Virus record (IMG/VR): IMGVR_UViG_3300036781_000342
Location: 1 to 52,666 of that record
From: a virus
Lineage: Duplodnaviria > Caudoviricetes
Length of the DNA stretch: 52,666 nt
Direction: 5' to 3' (one strand)
This document shows, piece after piece, positions 9,794-18,984 of the stretch. The translations under genes were made by a program, and so were the position numbers. The first letter of the stretch is position 1, and every line of letters begins with the position of its first letter. The notes under the pieces were generated by a model. The model had not been told where the DNA came from. It was given only the letters and a program-made list of their open reading frames with translations, and did no database searches.

Positions 9794-10884
9794 TTGCCAG
9801 TCTCCATCGCCCTGCCGGTGATCGTGTCCACCGCTTCGCGCAGGTCGTCCGGGCAATGATGGGCATACACCCGCTCCACCATCGCGAGCGAGTTTCCGAG
9901 GATCTTGGCGACCTTCCACAGAGGTATGCCTCGACGCACCATGTGCGTAGCCGCCGTGTGCCGCAAGACATGCGGACTGACGTCCTCGAGGCCGGCCGTA
10001 TCGGCAGCCCGTTTGACGATGCCCAGCGGATCGCTCGCAGTGATCATGACCAAGTCGCCCGGCTTGGGCTTCTGCTCTTGAAACATCCGCTCCAGCACCG
10101 GCCGCAACGCGGTGGAGATGGGCACAGCGGCCCGTCGCTTCTTCGTTTTTCTACGGCCCGGCACGTCATAGCGGATAACGTTCGTTTCCATGTCGACGCG
10201 GTCCCAGGTCAGCTCGCAGATGGCCGTTTTGCGGGCCGCCGTCTCAATGGCCAGCCACAGGAACCGCTCGCACCGGGACAGCCGGTCGGGGCCGCCCCGG
10301 CGCCGCTCGGCCGCAGCCTCGAGCAATTCGCGGATCTCGCCGGACGTCAGCCAGCGGTCGCGCGGCTGGCCGCCTTCCGGCAGCACGATATGCGGCAACG
10401 CTGTCTCGGGTACCAGCTTGCGGGCCGGGTGGGCGCACCAGTTGAAGGCGGCGATCAGCGCGCCGAGCTCACGCCGCACCGTCTGCGGCAGCGACGGCTG
10501 ACCGATCTCGCCAACTTGTCGCTTCTTCAGGTACGTCTGGACGGCGGCGTGTGACACATCAGACAGCGCGAGCGAGCCAAAATGCTTTTCCAGGTTCTGC
10601 CACGACCGCTGGGCGCGATCGCTGGCAACCTTGTCGGCCAGGTGGCCGGCGGCGTAGGCGTCCCATAGCGTGGCCACCGCGAACGACTTCTCGGGCTCGA
10701 TCTTGGCGTTCTGCCGGGTCAGGAGCCACTGCGCGAAGTAGCGATGCGCCGCAGCGCTTTCCGCTGCACCCGTAGTCTCAGTTCGGCTTCGTCCGCGTTT
10801 TCCGAGGGGCGTCGGGTCGGTCCAGTGGATGTAGAGGTAGCCGTTGTTGTGGCGGACGAGATGGGGTTCGCTTTGGCGGGGCAT
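9790..10884 (-). CDS. int: Tyrosine integrase
   Basis: TAARK (R), TKK (K), HVLRHT, LGNS, VYAH (Y). Confidence 0.95.
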   Translation of the reverse strand: MPRQSEPHLVRHNNGYLYIHWTDPTPLGKRGRSRTETTGAAESAAAHRYFAQWLLTRQNAKIEPEKSFAVATLWDAYAAGHLADKVASDRAQRSWQNLEKHFGSLALSDVSHAAVQTYLKKRQVGEIGQPSLPQTVRRELGALIAAFNWCAHPARKLVPETALPHIVLPEGGQPRDRWLTSGEIRELLEAAAERRRGGPDRLSRCERFLWLAIETAARKTAICELTWDRVDMETNVIRYDVPGRRKTKKRRAAVPISTALRPVLERMFQEQKPKPGDLVMITASDPLGIVKRAADTAGLEDVSPHVLRHTAATHMVRRGIPLWKVAKILGNSLAMVERVYAHHCPDDLREAVDTITGRAMETGK

Positions 10885-11030
10885 TTCAACTTCTCCAGGT
10901 CCGCTTCGTCGATGAGCGGTGGCCTGCCGGGGTAGTAGGGGAGCTTGCCGGACAGCCGCAGGCGCTTGATGGTGCCGGCCGACCAGCCGGGGAACCTATC
11001 GGCGGCCTGTTGGTCCGTGAGCTTCGTCAT
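10719..11030 (-). CDS. Excisionase-like HTH protein
   Basis: LTDQQAA..WSAGTIKRLRLSGKLP..LIDEADLE winged-helix pattern; tail overlaps the integrase start. Confidence 0.75.
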   Translation of the reverse strand: MTKLTDQQAADRFPGWSAGTIKRLRLSGKLPYYPGRPPLIDEADLEKLKCPAKANPISSATTTATSTSTGPTRRPSENADEAELRLRVQRKALRRIATSRSGS

Positions 11031-11424
11031 CTTTCCTCAGCATCCCCAGGATGGCCAGGCCAGTCTCGAGCCGCACGGCCCGGTTGATGATCAGCCACGC
11101 CTCGCCGTTCTCTTCGGTCAGCGAAGTGCGCGGCAGGTCGGCGCTGGGCGTCGAGGCGATGAAGTTTGGCAACAGCTCTTCCGGCTCGATCCTCATAACC
11201 TTGGCGATCGCGCGCAGCTTGCCTTCGGTCGGAAGCGAGATGCCCTTGACGTAGCGATGGACGTCGTCGCGGCTGATGCCGGCGGCGCGGGCCATGTCCG
11301 AATTGTTCCACCCCCGATCGAGGATGTGTTCGTATATCTTGTTCTTGAAAATCTGCTTCGCAGCATTCTTGGGGATGGGGCCGGTGGGCTTCCCCGTATC
11401 ACTTGCTCGGGCTCTTGTAGCCAT
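10996..11424 (-). CDS. XRE-family HTH repressor (CI-like, no peptidase domain)
   Basis: RGWNNSDMARAAGISRDDVHRYVKGISLP..LRAIAKVMRIEPEELL. Confidence 0.85.
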   Translation of the reverse strand: MATRARASDTGKPTGPIPKNAAKQIFKNKIYEHILDRGWNNSDMARAAGISRDDVHRYVKGISLPTEGKLRAIAKVMRIEPEELLPNFIASTPSADLPRTSLTEENGEAWLIINRAVRLETGLAILGMLRKDDEAHGPTGRR

Positions 11425-11476
11425 GGGGTGTCTCCAAAGGGGCGGCGCACTCAATAGTCTCGCCGTATGCGTGTAA

Positions 11477-11558
11477 CTTGTATGTCCCTCTCACGATACT
11501 GTCAATACGCGTATTGGACAAAATGTCCTTGACGACTGACAGACATCAGACGCATATT
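11477..11558. promoter_or_regulatory. Divergent sigma70-like promoters of the lysis/lysogeny switch
   Basis: Minus strand TTGACA-17-TACAAG (11505-11477); plus strand TTGACG-18-CATATT (11529-11558); palindrome CAATACGCGTATTG 11503-11516 between them. Confidence 0.65.
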
Positions 11559-11578
11559 GTGCGCAATCAGCCCCAGAT

Positions 11579-11824
11579 ATGCGCGGAAGTAGATTGCAGA
11601 CCTTGTTCAATACGCGGAAATTCTTGCAGTCGCACTTTAGCAATATGACGGCTGTGTACAATTTTCTAGTTGCGTACCGCGTAAGCGTAAAGCTCGAAGC
11701 CATCCAAAAGTGGTGGCAGCGTGAAAAAATACCCAGCGAGTGGTTCGCCCTGATTCTGGCCCTCATCGAATTGGACCAGGGGGAGCCCGTCAGACTGGCT
11801 CAATATCTGACATCAGGGGATTGA
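11579..11824 (+). CDS. Cro-like small DNA-binding protein (start uncertain)
   Basis: Divergent from the repressor; EAIQKWWQREKIPSEW pattern. Confidence 0.65.
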   Translation: MRGSRLQTLFNTRKFLQSHFSNMTAVYNFLVAYRVSVKLEAIQKWWQREKIPSEWFALILALIELDQGEPVRLAQYLTSGD

Positions 11825-11827
11825 GCA

Positions 11828-12109
11828 GTGAAGGAATTACTCAGACGCGAGGCAGAGCTCGCATATTATTGGCGCGCGTGCATCAGCGCACGACTAGCCC
11901 TTCGGGCCAACCCATCGGCCGACACGAAGGAACAGCAGGACGATCTCGACGGGATCGCCTTCAGCACCCACTGGCCACGTTTGAAAGCCGCGACCGCGTT
12001 GGCAGTTTCAAGCCTTATTACGCCACTTCACCTCGACCTGTCCGTGTTCGATTTGTGGCCCCACGAGGCTGCGGACTTGGCGGCAGCCGGGAAGAAAGTA
12101 GCAGAATAA
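11828..12109 (+). CDS. Phage hypothetical protein
   Basis: Fills the gap in the operon; RBS present. Confidence 0.65.
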   Translation: MKELLRREAELAYYWRACISARLALRANPSADTKEQQDDLDGIAFSTHWPRLKAATALAVSSLITPLHLDLSVFDLWPHEAADLAAAGKKVAE

Positions 12110-12682
12110 ATGCGAATTATCGGTGTGGACCCCGGCTGCTACGGGGCGCTCGGATGCTTGGATGGCAGTCGATGGCACAGCGTCATCGACATGCCGATCA
12201 ACAAAATCCGACGCGGAAAATCAGACAAAGCCGAGGTGAACGGCTACGCCTTGGCCGAGATTCTGCGCCAGTTATCCCCAGACGTCGTGGTGCTCGAGCA
12301 GGTCGGCGGCATGACGGGGCAATCGGCCAGCGCGGCGTTCAACTTCGGTCGCGCCGCCGGCGCCCCCGAGTACGTGGCCAAGGCGCTCGGGATCCGCGTC
12401 GATATGGTGGCGCCGATCACCTGGAAGAAGGCGTTGCAAGTGAACCCCGGCAAGGATGGCAGCAGGGCGATGGCTCAGCGCCTGTGGCCGGCGATGGCTC
12501 GCCACTTCGAGCGCAAGAAGGACGACGGGCGGGCGGAAGCGGCGCTCATCGCACATTGGTTTTGGCTGAAGAACGGAGGCAGTGATGACGGCGTGCGCGA
12601 CCTGCGGAAAGACCGACCTGTCGAGAGGTTGCACGATTTGCGATCTGCAAGCGACTGCGACGACGGAATATTCGCTCGCTAA
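12110..12682 (+). CDS. RuvC-like Holliday junction resolvase
   Basis: IIGVDPG, VVLEQV, AFNFG, P.TWKK, DDGRAEAALIA. Confidence 0.88.
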   Translation: MRIIGVDPGCYGALGCLDGSRWHSVIDMPINKIRRGKSDKAEVNGYALAEILRQLSPDVVVLEQVGGMTGQSASAAFNFGRAAGAPEYVAKALGIRVDMVAPITWKKALQVNPGKDGSRAMAQRLWPAMARHFERKKDDGRAEAALIAHWFWLKNGGSDDGVRDLRKDRPVERLHDLRSASDCDDGIFAR

Positions 12683-13127
12683 CCCGCCGAAGTGCGTCGC
12701 CGTGTGCTACTGCACGGAGCGGTGCGTGGCGGCGGGCCGATGCGTTCGTGAAACCGAATGGGGAAAGCAGCGCGAAAGCTGGGGCCGGTCGTGCGTCGGG
12801 CAGCCCGGTGATCGGCAAACGCTCCCCGTCGACTCCCAGGCCCGCAAGGACACGCCCGTCTTCAGCGGCTTCCTGAAATACTTCCCGCTCGCGACGGCCG
12901 AGATCGCCCGCCTGTCGAAGGCCGGCAACGACAAGCACAACCCCGGCCAACCGCTCCACTGGAGCCGCGGCAAGAGCAACGACCATCTCGACTGCGTCGC
13001 GCGCCACCTGCTCGAGGCCGGCACGATCGACAGCGACGACGGCCACCGCCACAGCACCAAGCTCGCCTGGCGCGCGCTCGCCAACCTGCAGCTCGAACTG
13101 GAGGCTGCGGCGCGAAGCACGAATTGA
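12582..13127 (+). CDS. dATP/dGTP diphosphohydrolase-like (DUF5664) protein with a Cys-rich N-terminus; start uncertain
   Basis: FPLATAEIARLSKAGNDKH..W..DCVARHL..DSDDGHRH..LAWRALANL. Confidence 0.7.
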   Translation: MMTACATCGKTDLSRGCTICDLQATATTEYSLANPPKCVAVCYCTERCVAAGRCVRETEWGKQRESWGRSCVGQPGDRQTLPVDSQARKDTPVFSGFLKYFPLATAEIARLSKAGNDKHNPGQPLHWSRGKSNDHLDCVARHLLEAGTIDSDDGHRHSTKLAWRALANLQLELEAAARSTN

Positions 13128-13137
13128 TTTTTCACGC

Positions 13138-13166
13138 TTGCGTTGTCTGATCGTCTGACATACATT
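13138..13166 (+). promoter_or_regulatory. Promoter with GTCTGA boxes in the spacer
   Basis: TTGCGT-17-TACATT; two GTCTGA in the spacer and two TCAGAC downstream. Confidence 0.55.
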
Positions 13167-13221
13167 CAGACGGTCAGACGAACCTGAGTACCTGAAGAAC
13201 CTGAGAGACTGACGCCCCTCG

Positions 13222-14499
13222 ATGCCAACCCTCTTCCCACATCAGATCACCGGAGCTTCGTTCCTTGCCTCGCGCAAGCACGCTCTGCTGGCGGATGAAC
13301 AAAGAGTTGGAAAAACGGCCGCAGCCGTCACGGCCTGCGATTATGTCCTCGCGCGGAAAGTCCTCTGCATCACGAAGGCGTCAGCCCGTGCGCAGTGGGG
13401 CCGAGAGTTCCAGACCTGGGGCTTTCCGCGCGAGGTGCGCGTCATCTACAGCCGCAGCGACGAGCCAACCGGCGACGTGACCGTGCTCGGTTGGCCAACG
13501 ATCATCGACAAGACGATGCTCGCCAAGCTGCAGCAACCCTGGGACGTCATCATCCTCGACGAGTGCCACGAAGCCAAGGGCGTCGGCACGCAACGCACGG
13601 CGGCGGTCTTCGGCCCCGAAGGACTCTATAAACATGCCCGCTTTGTCTGGTGTCTGTCGGGAACTCCCATCCCCAACGCCCCCAACGACCTCTACCCTAT
13701 GTTGGCCGCACTTGAGCCCGAGCGGTTGGCCGGCATATCCGATCATGACGACTTCGTCCGCCGTTACTGCGTTGTCCGCCCCCGGCGCATCAACGGCGTT
13801 CTTCGCAACGTCATCAAGGGCGGAAAAAACCTCGAAGACCTGAACCCGCGCGTCGCCGGCTTCTGGTTGCGGCGCACGCAGCAGGACGTCGGCATCCGGC
13901 GCCCCATCTTCAGCACGCTCGCCATTCACGTCGATCGCCAGCCTGACGAACCCGAGGACATGGCAGCGGTCCTCGACGCCATTGAGACGGGCGAGACCCA
14001 GAGCGTCGAGATGCACATGGGGCCGCTGCGCCGGCTGACCGGCTTGGCCAAAGCCAAGGGCGTCTGCGAGGCGGTGCGCGAGAAATTCGACGAAGGGCTC
14101 GACAAGGTCGTGCTCATGGCCTGGCACACCGAAGTCATCGACGCGCTGTGGAAGGGCCTCAAGATGTACGGCTGCGTCGGCATCGACGGTCGCACGCCCG
14201 CGGCGCGCCGCGACGAGCAGGTGCGCCTGTTCCAGACGAGCGCGCTGCATCGCGTCTTCATCGGCAACATTCAGGCGGCAGGCGAGGCCATCGACCTCTC
14301 GGCCGCCGCAGAGCTTTGGTTCGTCGAGTGCTCGTTTACGCCCGCCCACATGGCGCAGGCGGCGATGCGCGTCACGAACCTCAACCAGAAACGGCAGGCG
14401 CTCGTCCGCGTCTGTGCGTTGGCCGGGTCTATCGACGAAGCAATCGCGTCGATCCTCACCCGGAAAGTCGAGACCATCAAAACCATCATGGAGCACTGA
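13222..14499 (+). CDS. SNF2-like SF2 helicase
   Basis: LADEQRVGKT, DECH, LSGTP, AGEAIDL, QAAMR. Confidence 0.92.
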   Translation: MPTLFPHQITGASFLASRKHALLADEQRVGKTAAAVTACDYVLARKVLCITKASARAQWGREFQTWGFPREVRVIYSRSDEPTGDVTVLGWPTIIDKTMLAKLQQPWDVIILDECHEAKGVGTQRTAAVFGPEGLYKHARFVWCLSGTPIPNAPNDLYPMLAALEPERLAGISDHDDFVRRYCVVRPRRINGVLRNVIKGGKNLEDLNPRVAGFWLRRTQQDVGIRRPIFSTLAIHVDRQPDEPEDMAAVLDAIETGETQSVEMHMGPLRRLTGLAKAKGVCEAVREKFDEGLDKVVLMAWHTEVIDALWKGLKMYGCVGIDGRTPAARRDEQVRLFQTSALHRVFIGNIQAAGEAIDLSAAAELWFVECSFTPAHMAQAAMRVTNLNQKRQALVRVCALAGSIDEAIASILTRKVETIKTIMEH

Positions 14500-14500
14500 T

Positions 14501-15034
14501 TTGATCACCGTCACCTTCAACAACGATGACCCCAACGTCGTCCGCAGCGACATGGCGGCGATGCTGGGCTTCACGTCCGTCGGCCCGGCGGCGCTCGCCG
14601 ATGCCGAGCCCGGCCCTGTTGGTTCGAAGTCCGCCGTCGAGGGCGACAAGGCCGACACTGCCGAGAAGCCGCCCCGCAAGCCGCGCGGTAGCAACAAGGC
14701 CACCGTCACCGACGTCGTCGCCCAGAACGCCGCGACCGAGCCGCAGCAGGCCATCCAGACCGGCGGCGAGCGCAACCCGCCCGAAGAGCCCGTCAAGCCC
14801 GAAGTGCCCGTGCTCACGCAAGACGACGTCCGCGCCGCCGCCGGCCGCTACGTCGAGAAGTTCGGCATGGCCGCAGCGCAGGCCGACGTTGGCAAGCTGC
14901 TGATGGACATCGCGGGCGTGTCGAAGATGAGCGACCTGGTCGACAAGCCTCAGGACCAGCTCGCCGCGATCATCGCCAAGGTCGGCCAGTGCGTCGACAG
15001 CGGCACGCAGTACGTCACGCCGGCGTTGGTCTAG
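14501..15034 (+). CDS. Phage hypothetical protein of the type found upstream of DUF2800 nucleases
   Basis: TTG start after GGAG; low-complexity linker and helical C-terminal TQDDVRAA..GVSKMSDL. Confidence 0.7.
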   Translation: MITVTFNNDDPNVVRSDMAAMLGFTSVGPAALADAEPGPVGSKSAVEGDKADTAEKPPRKPRGSNKATVTDVVAQNAATEPQQAIQTGGERNPPEEPVKPEVPVLTQDDVRAAAGRYVEKFGMAAAQADVGKLLMDIAGVSKMSDLVDKPQDQLAAIIAKVGQCVDSGTQYVTPALV

Positions 15035-15064
15035 CCCTCACCGTCACAACCCGAAAGGACTCAA

Positions 15065-15352
15065 ATGACCACAACCATCGTCATCACCACCGTCGACGGC
15101 GACAAGCGGTCGGCTTGGAGCCAGACCGTCGGCGACGAGGCGCAGAAGCACGTCCTGCGCACCTTCAATCCGAGCGGTGATGCCAAGGTCGACGCGACCA
15201 AGGTGCTCTGCGCGGCGCTCATCCAGCAGATGATCGACCTGCGCGACGCGCCCGAGGCCACCGGCGCACAGAAGCGAGCGGCGTCGATCGCCATCACGCA
15301 GTGCGAGGCGCTGCAGATGCAGGCCGTCAAAGCCAACTTCGTACAGGCGTAG
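15065..15352 (+). CDS. Acb2/Tad1-hairpin-like protein, candidate cyclic-nucleotide sponge
   Basis: FNPSGDAKVDATK..RAASIAITQCEALQMQAVKA resembles the Acb2/Vs.4 C-terminal helix pattern. Confidence 0.55.
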   Translation: MTTTIVITTVDGDKRSAWSQTVGDEAQKHVLRTFNPSGDAKVDATKVLCAALIQQMIDLRDAPEATGAQKRAASIAITQCEALQMQAVKANFVQA

Positions 15353-15356
15353 GCCC

Positions 15357-16652
15357 ATGACAAGCCCCAGCCTGCACGCGACTCGCGACCACGCCCTTTG
15401 GTCGGCATCGGCGACCGCAAGAAACTGGCAATGCCCTGGCGCATTGGCCCTCGGTCAAACCGTTCGACATCTGGACGTGGAGTCGGAAGCTGCAGGCTGG
15501 GGCACAGCGTGTCACGACCTTTCTGAGAAGTGCCTGCGCACCGGCCTCGACGCAGCCGATAGGATCGGGGAAACCATCAAGACGAAGAGCCACAGCTTCG
15601 ACGTCGACGAAGAGATGGCCGAGTGTGCGCAGGTCTACATCGACTATGTGCGCGATCAGTCTGGCAAGGCCGCGATCGCCTCCATGCTGGATCGCTACGG
15701 CGACCTCTTGTTCCTTGAGACTCGTTTCTCTCTCGAAAAGCTCAACCCGCCCTTCGACGCGGGCGGCACCTGCGACGCCATCGTTTACAGCCCGGCCGAG
15801 AAGCTGCTCGAGGTCATCGACCTAAAGGGCGGCCGCGGCGTTCGCGTGGAGGTCACAGAGAACAAGCAGCTCCGCACCTACGCCCTCGGCGCCATGCTCG
15901 CCCACCCCGAACTGAAGGTCGATCGCGTCAAGTCGACCATCGTCCAGCCGCGCATGGAGCACAAGGACGGCCGCATCCGCTCGGAGACACTGCACGTCAC
16001 AGAGTTGATGGAGTGGACGGCCGAACTGTGCGCCGCGATGGAGCGGTCGGCCGCCGCGATAGCGAAGCACACCGACATCAAGGGCGACTTGATGCGGGAC
16101 GCTTGGGCCGAACGCTGGCTGGAGCAGGGCGCCCACTGCACCTTCTGCCCCGCGGCCGGCATCTGCCCGGCGCTGCAAGCCAAGGCGATGGCCACCGCTA
16201 ACGCCTTCTTCAACGACAGCGGCGCAACCGTCATCCGAAACCAGCCCGAAGATCTCGACCCGGCCCGCATCGGGCAGGTGCTCGACGGCGCCGACGACCT
16301 GCAGAACTGGCTCAACGCCGTCCGCGCGCTCGGAACACGCCTGGCTCAGACAGGCACCGATATCCCCGGCCACTACCTCGCCGAGAAGCACGGCCACCGG
16401 AAATTCCGAGATCCCGACACAGCACCCGCCGCGCTCGAGCTGCTGGGCCTGTCGCACGCCGACATCTACGCCGCGCCGAAGCCCAAGACGCCCGCCCAGG
16501 TCGAGAAGGCGCTGGGTGCCAAGCGCCTGAAGAGCATCAAGGAGCATTTGGACGCCCTCGTCCACAAGCCCGTCACCGGAGTCACCCTCGTATCGTCAGC
16601 CAAGAGCAGCAAGCCGCCGGTGAAGGCTGCTGCCGAGAGGTTCTTCACATGA
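15357..16652 (+). CDS. DUF2800 Cas4-like PD-(D/E)XK exonuclease
   Basis: SASAT..CPG, GTACH, GGTCD, VIDLKGG, QLRTYALG, HCTFC..ICP. Confidence 0.9.
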   Translation: MTSPSLHATRDHALWSASATARNWQCPGALALGQTVRHLDVESEAAGWGTACHDLSEKCLRTGLDAADRIGETIKTKSHSFDVDEEMAECAQVYIDYVRDQSGKAAIASMLDRYGDLLFLETRFSLEKLNPPFDAGGTCDAIVYSPAEKLLEVIDLKGGRGVRVEVTENKQLRTYALGAMLAHPELKVDRVKSTIVQPRMEHKDGRIRSETLHVTELMEWTAELCAAMERSAAAIAKHTDIKGDLMRDAWAERWLEQGAHCTFCPAAGICPALQAKAMATANAFFNDSGATVIRNQPEDLDPARIGQVLDGADDLQNWLNAVRALGTRLAQTGTDIPGHYLAEKHGHRKFRDPDTAPAALELLGLSHADIYAAPKPKTPAQVEKALGAKRLKSIKEHLDALVHKPVTGVTLVSSAKSSKPPVKAAAERFFT

Positions 16653-16855
16653 AGCCAATTCTATTCGGTCGCCGCGATCGCCGACGCCCGGCGCTGTCGC
16701 GACATCGCCTTGCGCCCCGCGAAGCGATTCATTTCGACGCCGTCAGCGACGACGAGGGCGCCGTTCTCACCCGTCATTGGGACGACAAACCCGACCGCGT
16801 CGAGCTCCGCAGGTCGGTCGACATGGACGACCGCCGTCGCCCAGCCGCCGAGTAG
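16649..16855 (+). CDS. Small hypothetical protein
   Basis: ATGA overlap and GAGG RBS. Confidence 0.5.
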   Translation: MKPILFGRRDRRRPALSRHRLAPREAIHFDAVSDDEGAVLTRHWDDKPDRVELRRSVDMDDRRRPAAE

Positions 16856-16890
16856 AGCTTTTCCAGAACCTGCCGAACCTGAGAGGTTAA

Positions 16891-17568
16891 ATGTCAAACG
16901 CACGGTCACAGGACTTCCGCATCATGGGTATGCGGGCCGCCTTCCTCAACGTCTTCAAGCCACAGAAGATCGAGGACAACGGCGTCATCAAGCTGAAGTA
17001 CAACGCCACGCTGCTGTGGCCCAAGGGCAACGACCTGATCGGCTTCATGGTCGACGGCAAGCAGTTCAACGTCATGGAAGAGGCCGCCCGTGTCGCCACC
17101 GAGCAGTGGGGCGACAAGGCCGGCGAGCTGATCAAGAGCGGCGTCATCAAGAGCCCGTTCCTCGACGGCGACGGCCCGCAAGGCGTGTCGAAGAAGACCG
17201 GCGAGCGCCACAAGGGCTTCGCAGGCCACCGCTTCATCCGCGCGTCGGCCAACGAGGACCGCAAGCCCGACCTGACGCTCAACGTGCTCGGCGCCGACAA
17301 CAAGCTGGTGCGTGCGACGGATCCCAACAGCATCTACTCGGGCTGCCTGGTGAACGTCGTCGTCAACCTCTACGGCTGGGAGCACGCCAAGAACGGCAAG
17401 GGCCTGTCGTTCGGCCTGTCGGCTGTCCAGTTTGCCGGCGACGGTGAGCGTCTGGGCGGTAGTGGCGGCGCCAATGCCGACAGCTTCTTCGAGGGCGTGA
17501 AGGCCCCCGATGCGGCCGCGGCCAAGGCTGTCGCCGAGGGCGCCGGGGCGGGCGGTCTTTTCGCCTAG
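16891..17568 (+). CDS. DUF2815 / Enc34-like single-stranded DNA-binding protein
   Basis: PFLDGD, IYSGCLVN, NGKGLSFGLSAVQFAGDGERLGG. Confidence 0.9.
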   Translation: MSNARSQDFRIMGMRAAFLNVFKPQKIEDNGVIKLKYNATLLWPKGNDLIGFMVDGKQFNVMEEAARVATEQWGDKAGELIKSGVIKSPFLDGDGPQGVSKKTGERHKGFAGHRFIRASANEDRKPDLTLNVLGADNKLVRATDPNSIYSGCLVNVVVNLYGWEHAKNGKGLSFGLSAVQFAGDGERLGGSGGANADSFFEGVKAPDAAAAKAVAEGAGAGGLFA

Positions 17569-17647
17569 TCTGTCTGACGTCTGTCGTATCGAGTGGCGGC
17601 GGCCGACAGGTCGCCGTCGCTCCACCCTTCAATCACAGGAGAGACAA

Positions 17648-18007
17648 TTGCGCGAAATCAACGACCACAAGGTCAACCCGGCCAATGACCGGCTGACGAT
17701 CACCGTCACCGACGAGCCCGGCGCCGGCGGCGCCAATCACGTCTATCAGGTCGAAGGGCTCGACGACGGCTCGGTGCTCCTCTGTGAGTTCCAGAACGGT
17801 CCCATCAACGAAGCGGGCGTCAACGGAGTCACCCACGAGGTCATGCTGGCGATCGTCGCCGACCGGCTGCGTTCGTTTCAGTCCGGCCCGTTCTCCTGCA
17901 AGGCCAATGCCTGCGCCCTGACGCACATCGAAGAGGCGATGCACTGGCTGCAGCAGCGCACGCTGGAACGGATGCGCCGCGGCGTCGAGGGCACCAACCA
18001 GAAGTGA
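17648..18007 (+). CDS. tad1: Tad1-family anti-Thoeris sponge protein
   Basis: GAGGANHVY..FQNGP..NGV..DRLRSFQSGPFSCKANACALTHIEEAMHWL..R..RGVEGT closely follows the Tad1 consensus; AGGAG RBS before TTG. Confidence 0.88.
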   Translation: MREINDHKVNPANDRLTITVTDEPGAGGANHVYQVEGLDDGSVLLCEFQNGPINEAGVNGVTHEVMLAIVADRLRSFQSGPFSCKANACALTHIEEAMHWLQQRTLERMRRGVEGTNQK

Positions 18008-18014
18008 CCAACAC

Positions 18015-18038
18015 GGGGCGGCGCTTCGGCGTCGCCCC
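18015..18038 (+). terminator. GC-rich hairpin with TTCG loop after tad1
   Basis: GGGGCGGCGC-TTCG-GCGTCGCCCC; weak U tract. Confidence 0.5.
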
Positions 18039-18061
18039 ACCCTTCTCATCGGAGCTACCCC

Positions 18062-18658
18062 TTGCACGACTGTATGATCGACCTCGAAACATGGGGCACC
18101 CGGCCGGGCTCTGCCCTGCGCTCCATCGGCGCCGTTATGTTCGACCCCGCCGGCGGCGACATCGGCGCGGAGTTCTACGTCAACGTCGACCGCGAGTCCT
18201 GCCTCAAGGCAGGGCTGCACATCGACCCGTTGACGGTCGAGTGGTGGGCGAAGCAGTCCGCGGAGGCCCGCCAGGGCCTGCTCGTCGACCCCAAGCCCCT
18301 CAACGACGCCTTGCACGCCTTCAACGTCTGGTGGGAGGTAAACCGCGGCATCCGCATCTGGAGCCACGGCGCAAACTTCGACCAGCCCATCCTCGACGCG
18401 GCCTACCACGCCGGCGGCGCCGTGATCAGCCCGTGGAAGTTCTGGGACAGCCGCTGCACGCGGACGGTCTACGACATCGCGGGCATCGACGCTCGCAAGG
18501 CGCTCTTCCTCAAGGGCGGCGTGGCGCACAACGCGCTCGACGACGCTCGGGTGCAGGCCCGCGCGGTCCAGGCCGCTATGCGGCGCATCACCGTCGGCAG
18601 TTCCTGGGCGTCGCCGCCCGTCACCACCATCAGCAAGAACAGCGGAGTCTTCGAATGA
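18062..18658 (+). CDS. DEDDh 3'-5' exonuclease (Rv2179c/DUF5051-like)
   Basis: MIDLET, SIGAV, WSHGANFD, HNALDDA. Confidence 0.9.
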   Translation: MHDCMIDLETWGTRPGSALRSIGAVMFDPAGGDIGAEFYVNVDRESCLKAGLHIDPLTVEWWAKQSAEARQGLLVDPKPLNDALHAFNVWWEVNRGIRIWSHGANFDQPILDAAYHAGGAVISPWKFWDSRCTRTVYDIAGIDARKALFLKGGVAHNALDDARVQARAVQAAMRRITVGSSWASPPVTTISKNSGVFE

Positions 18659-18984
18659 CACAAGACAGCGTGGGCATCGGTCACAACAGCAACACCGTCG
18701 TAATTGACGGTGACAAACTGGCGAAGCTCGCCAAAAAAACTAGCGCGGGCGGCATCAGCGCCGATCGCCTGAAGAGCTTCGTCGAGCGCATCGAACGGCT
18801 CGAGGAAGAGCAGAAGAGTCTCGCCGAGGACAAGCGCGACATCTACAGCGAGGCGAAGGGCGTCGGCTACGACGTCAAGACGATCCGCAAGGTCGTCGCA
18901 CTGCGCAAGATGGATGCTGCCGATCGCGACGAGGCCAACGCGCTGCTCGACACGTACTGCCACGCGCTTGGAGTGTTCGGCTGA
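18655..18984 (+). CDS. GapR-like (DUF2312) DNA-binding protein
   Basis: LKSFVERIERLEEE..DIYSEAKGVGYDVKTIRKVVALRK. Confidence 0.92.
   Translation: MTQDSVGIGHNSNTVVIDGDKLAKLAKKTSAGGISADRLKSFVERIERLEEEQKSLAEDKRDIYSEAKGVGYDVKTIRKVVALRKMDAADRDEANALLDTYCHALGVFG

Noticed and set aside
15357-16652. Cas4 as part of a CRISPR system
   Set aside because: Context (SSB, PolA, SNF2) is the usual DUF2800 phage replication module
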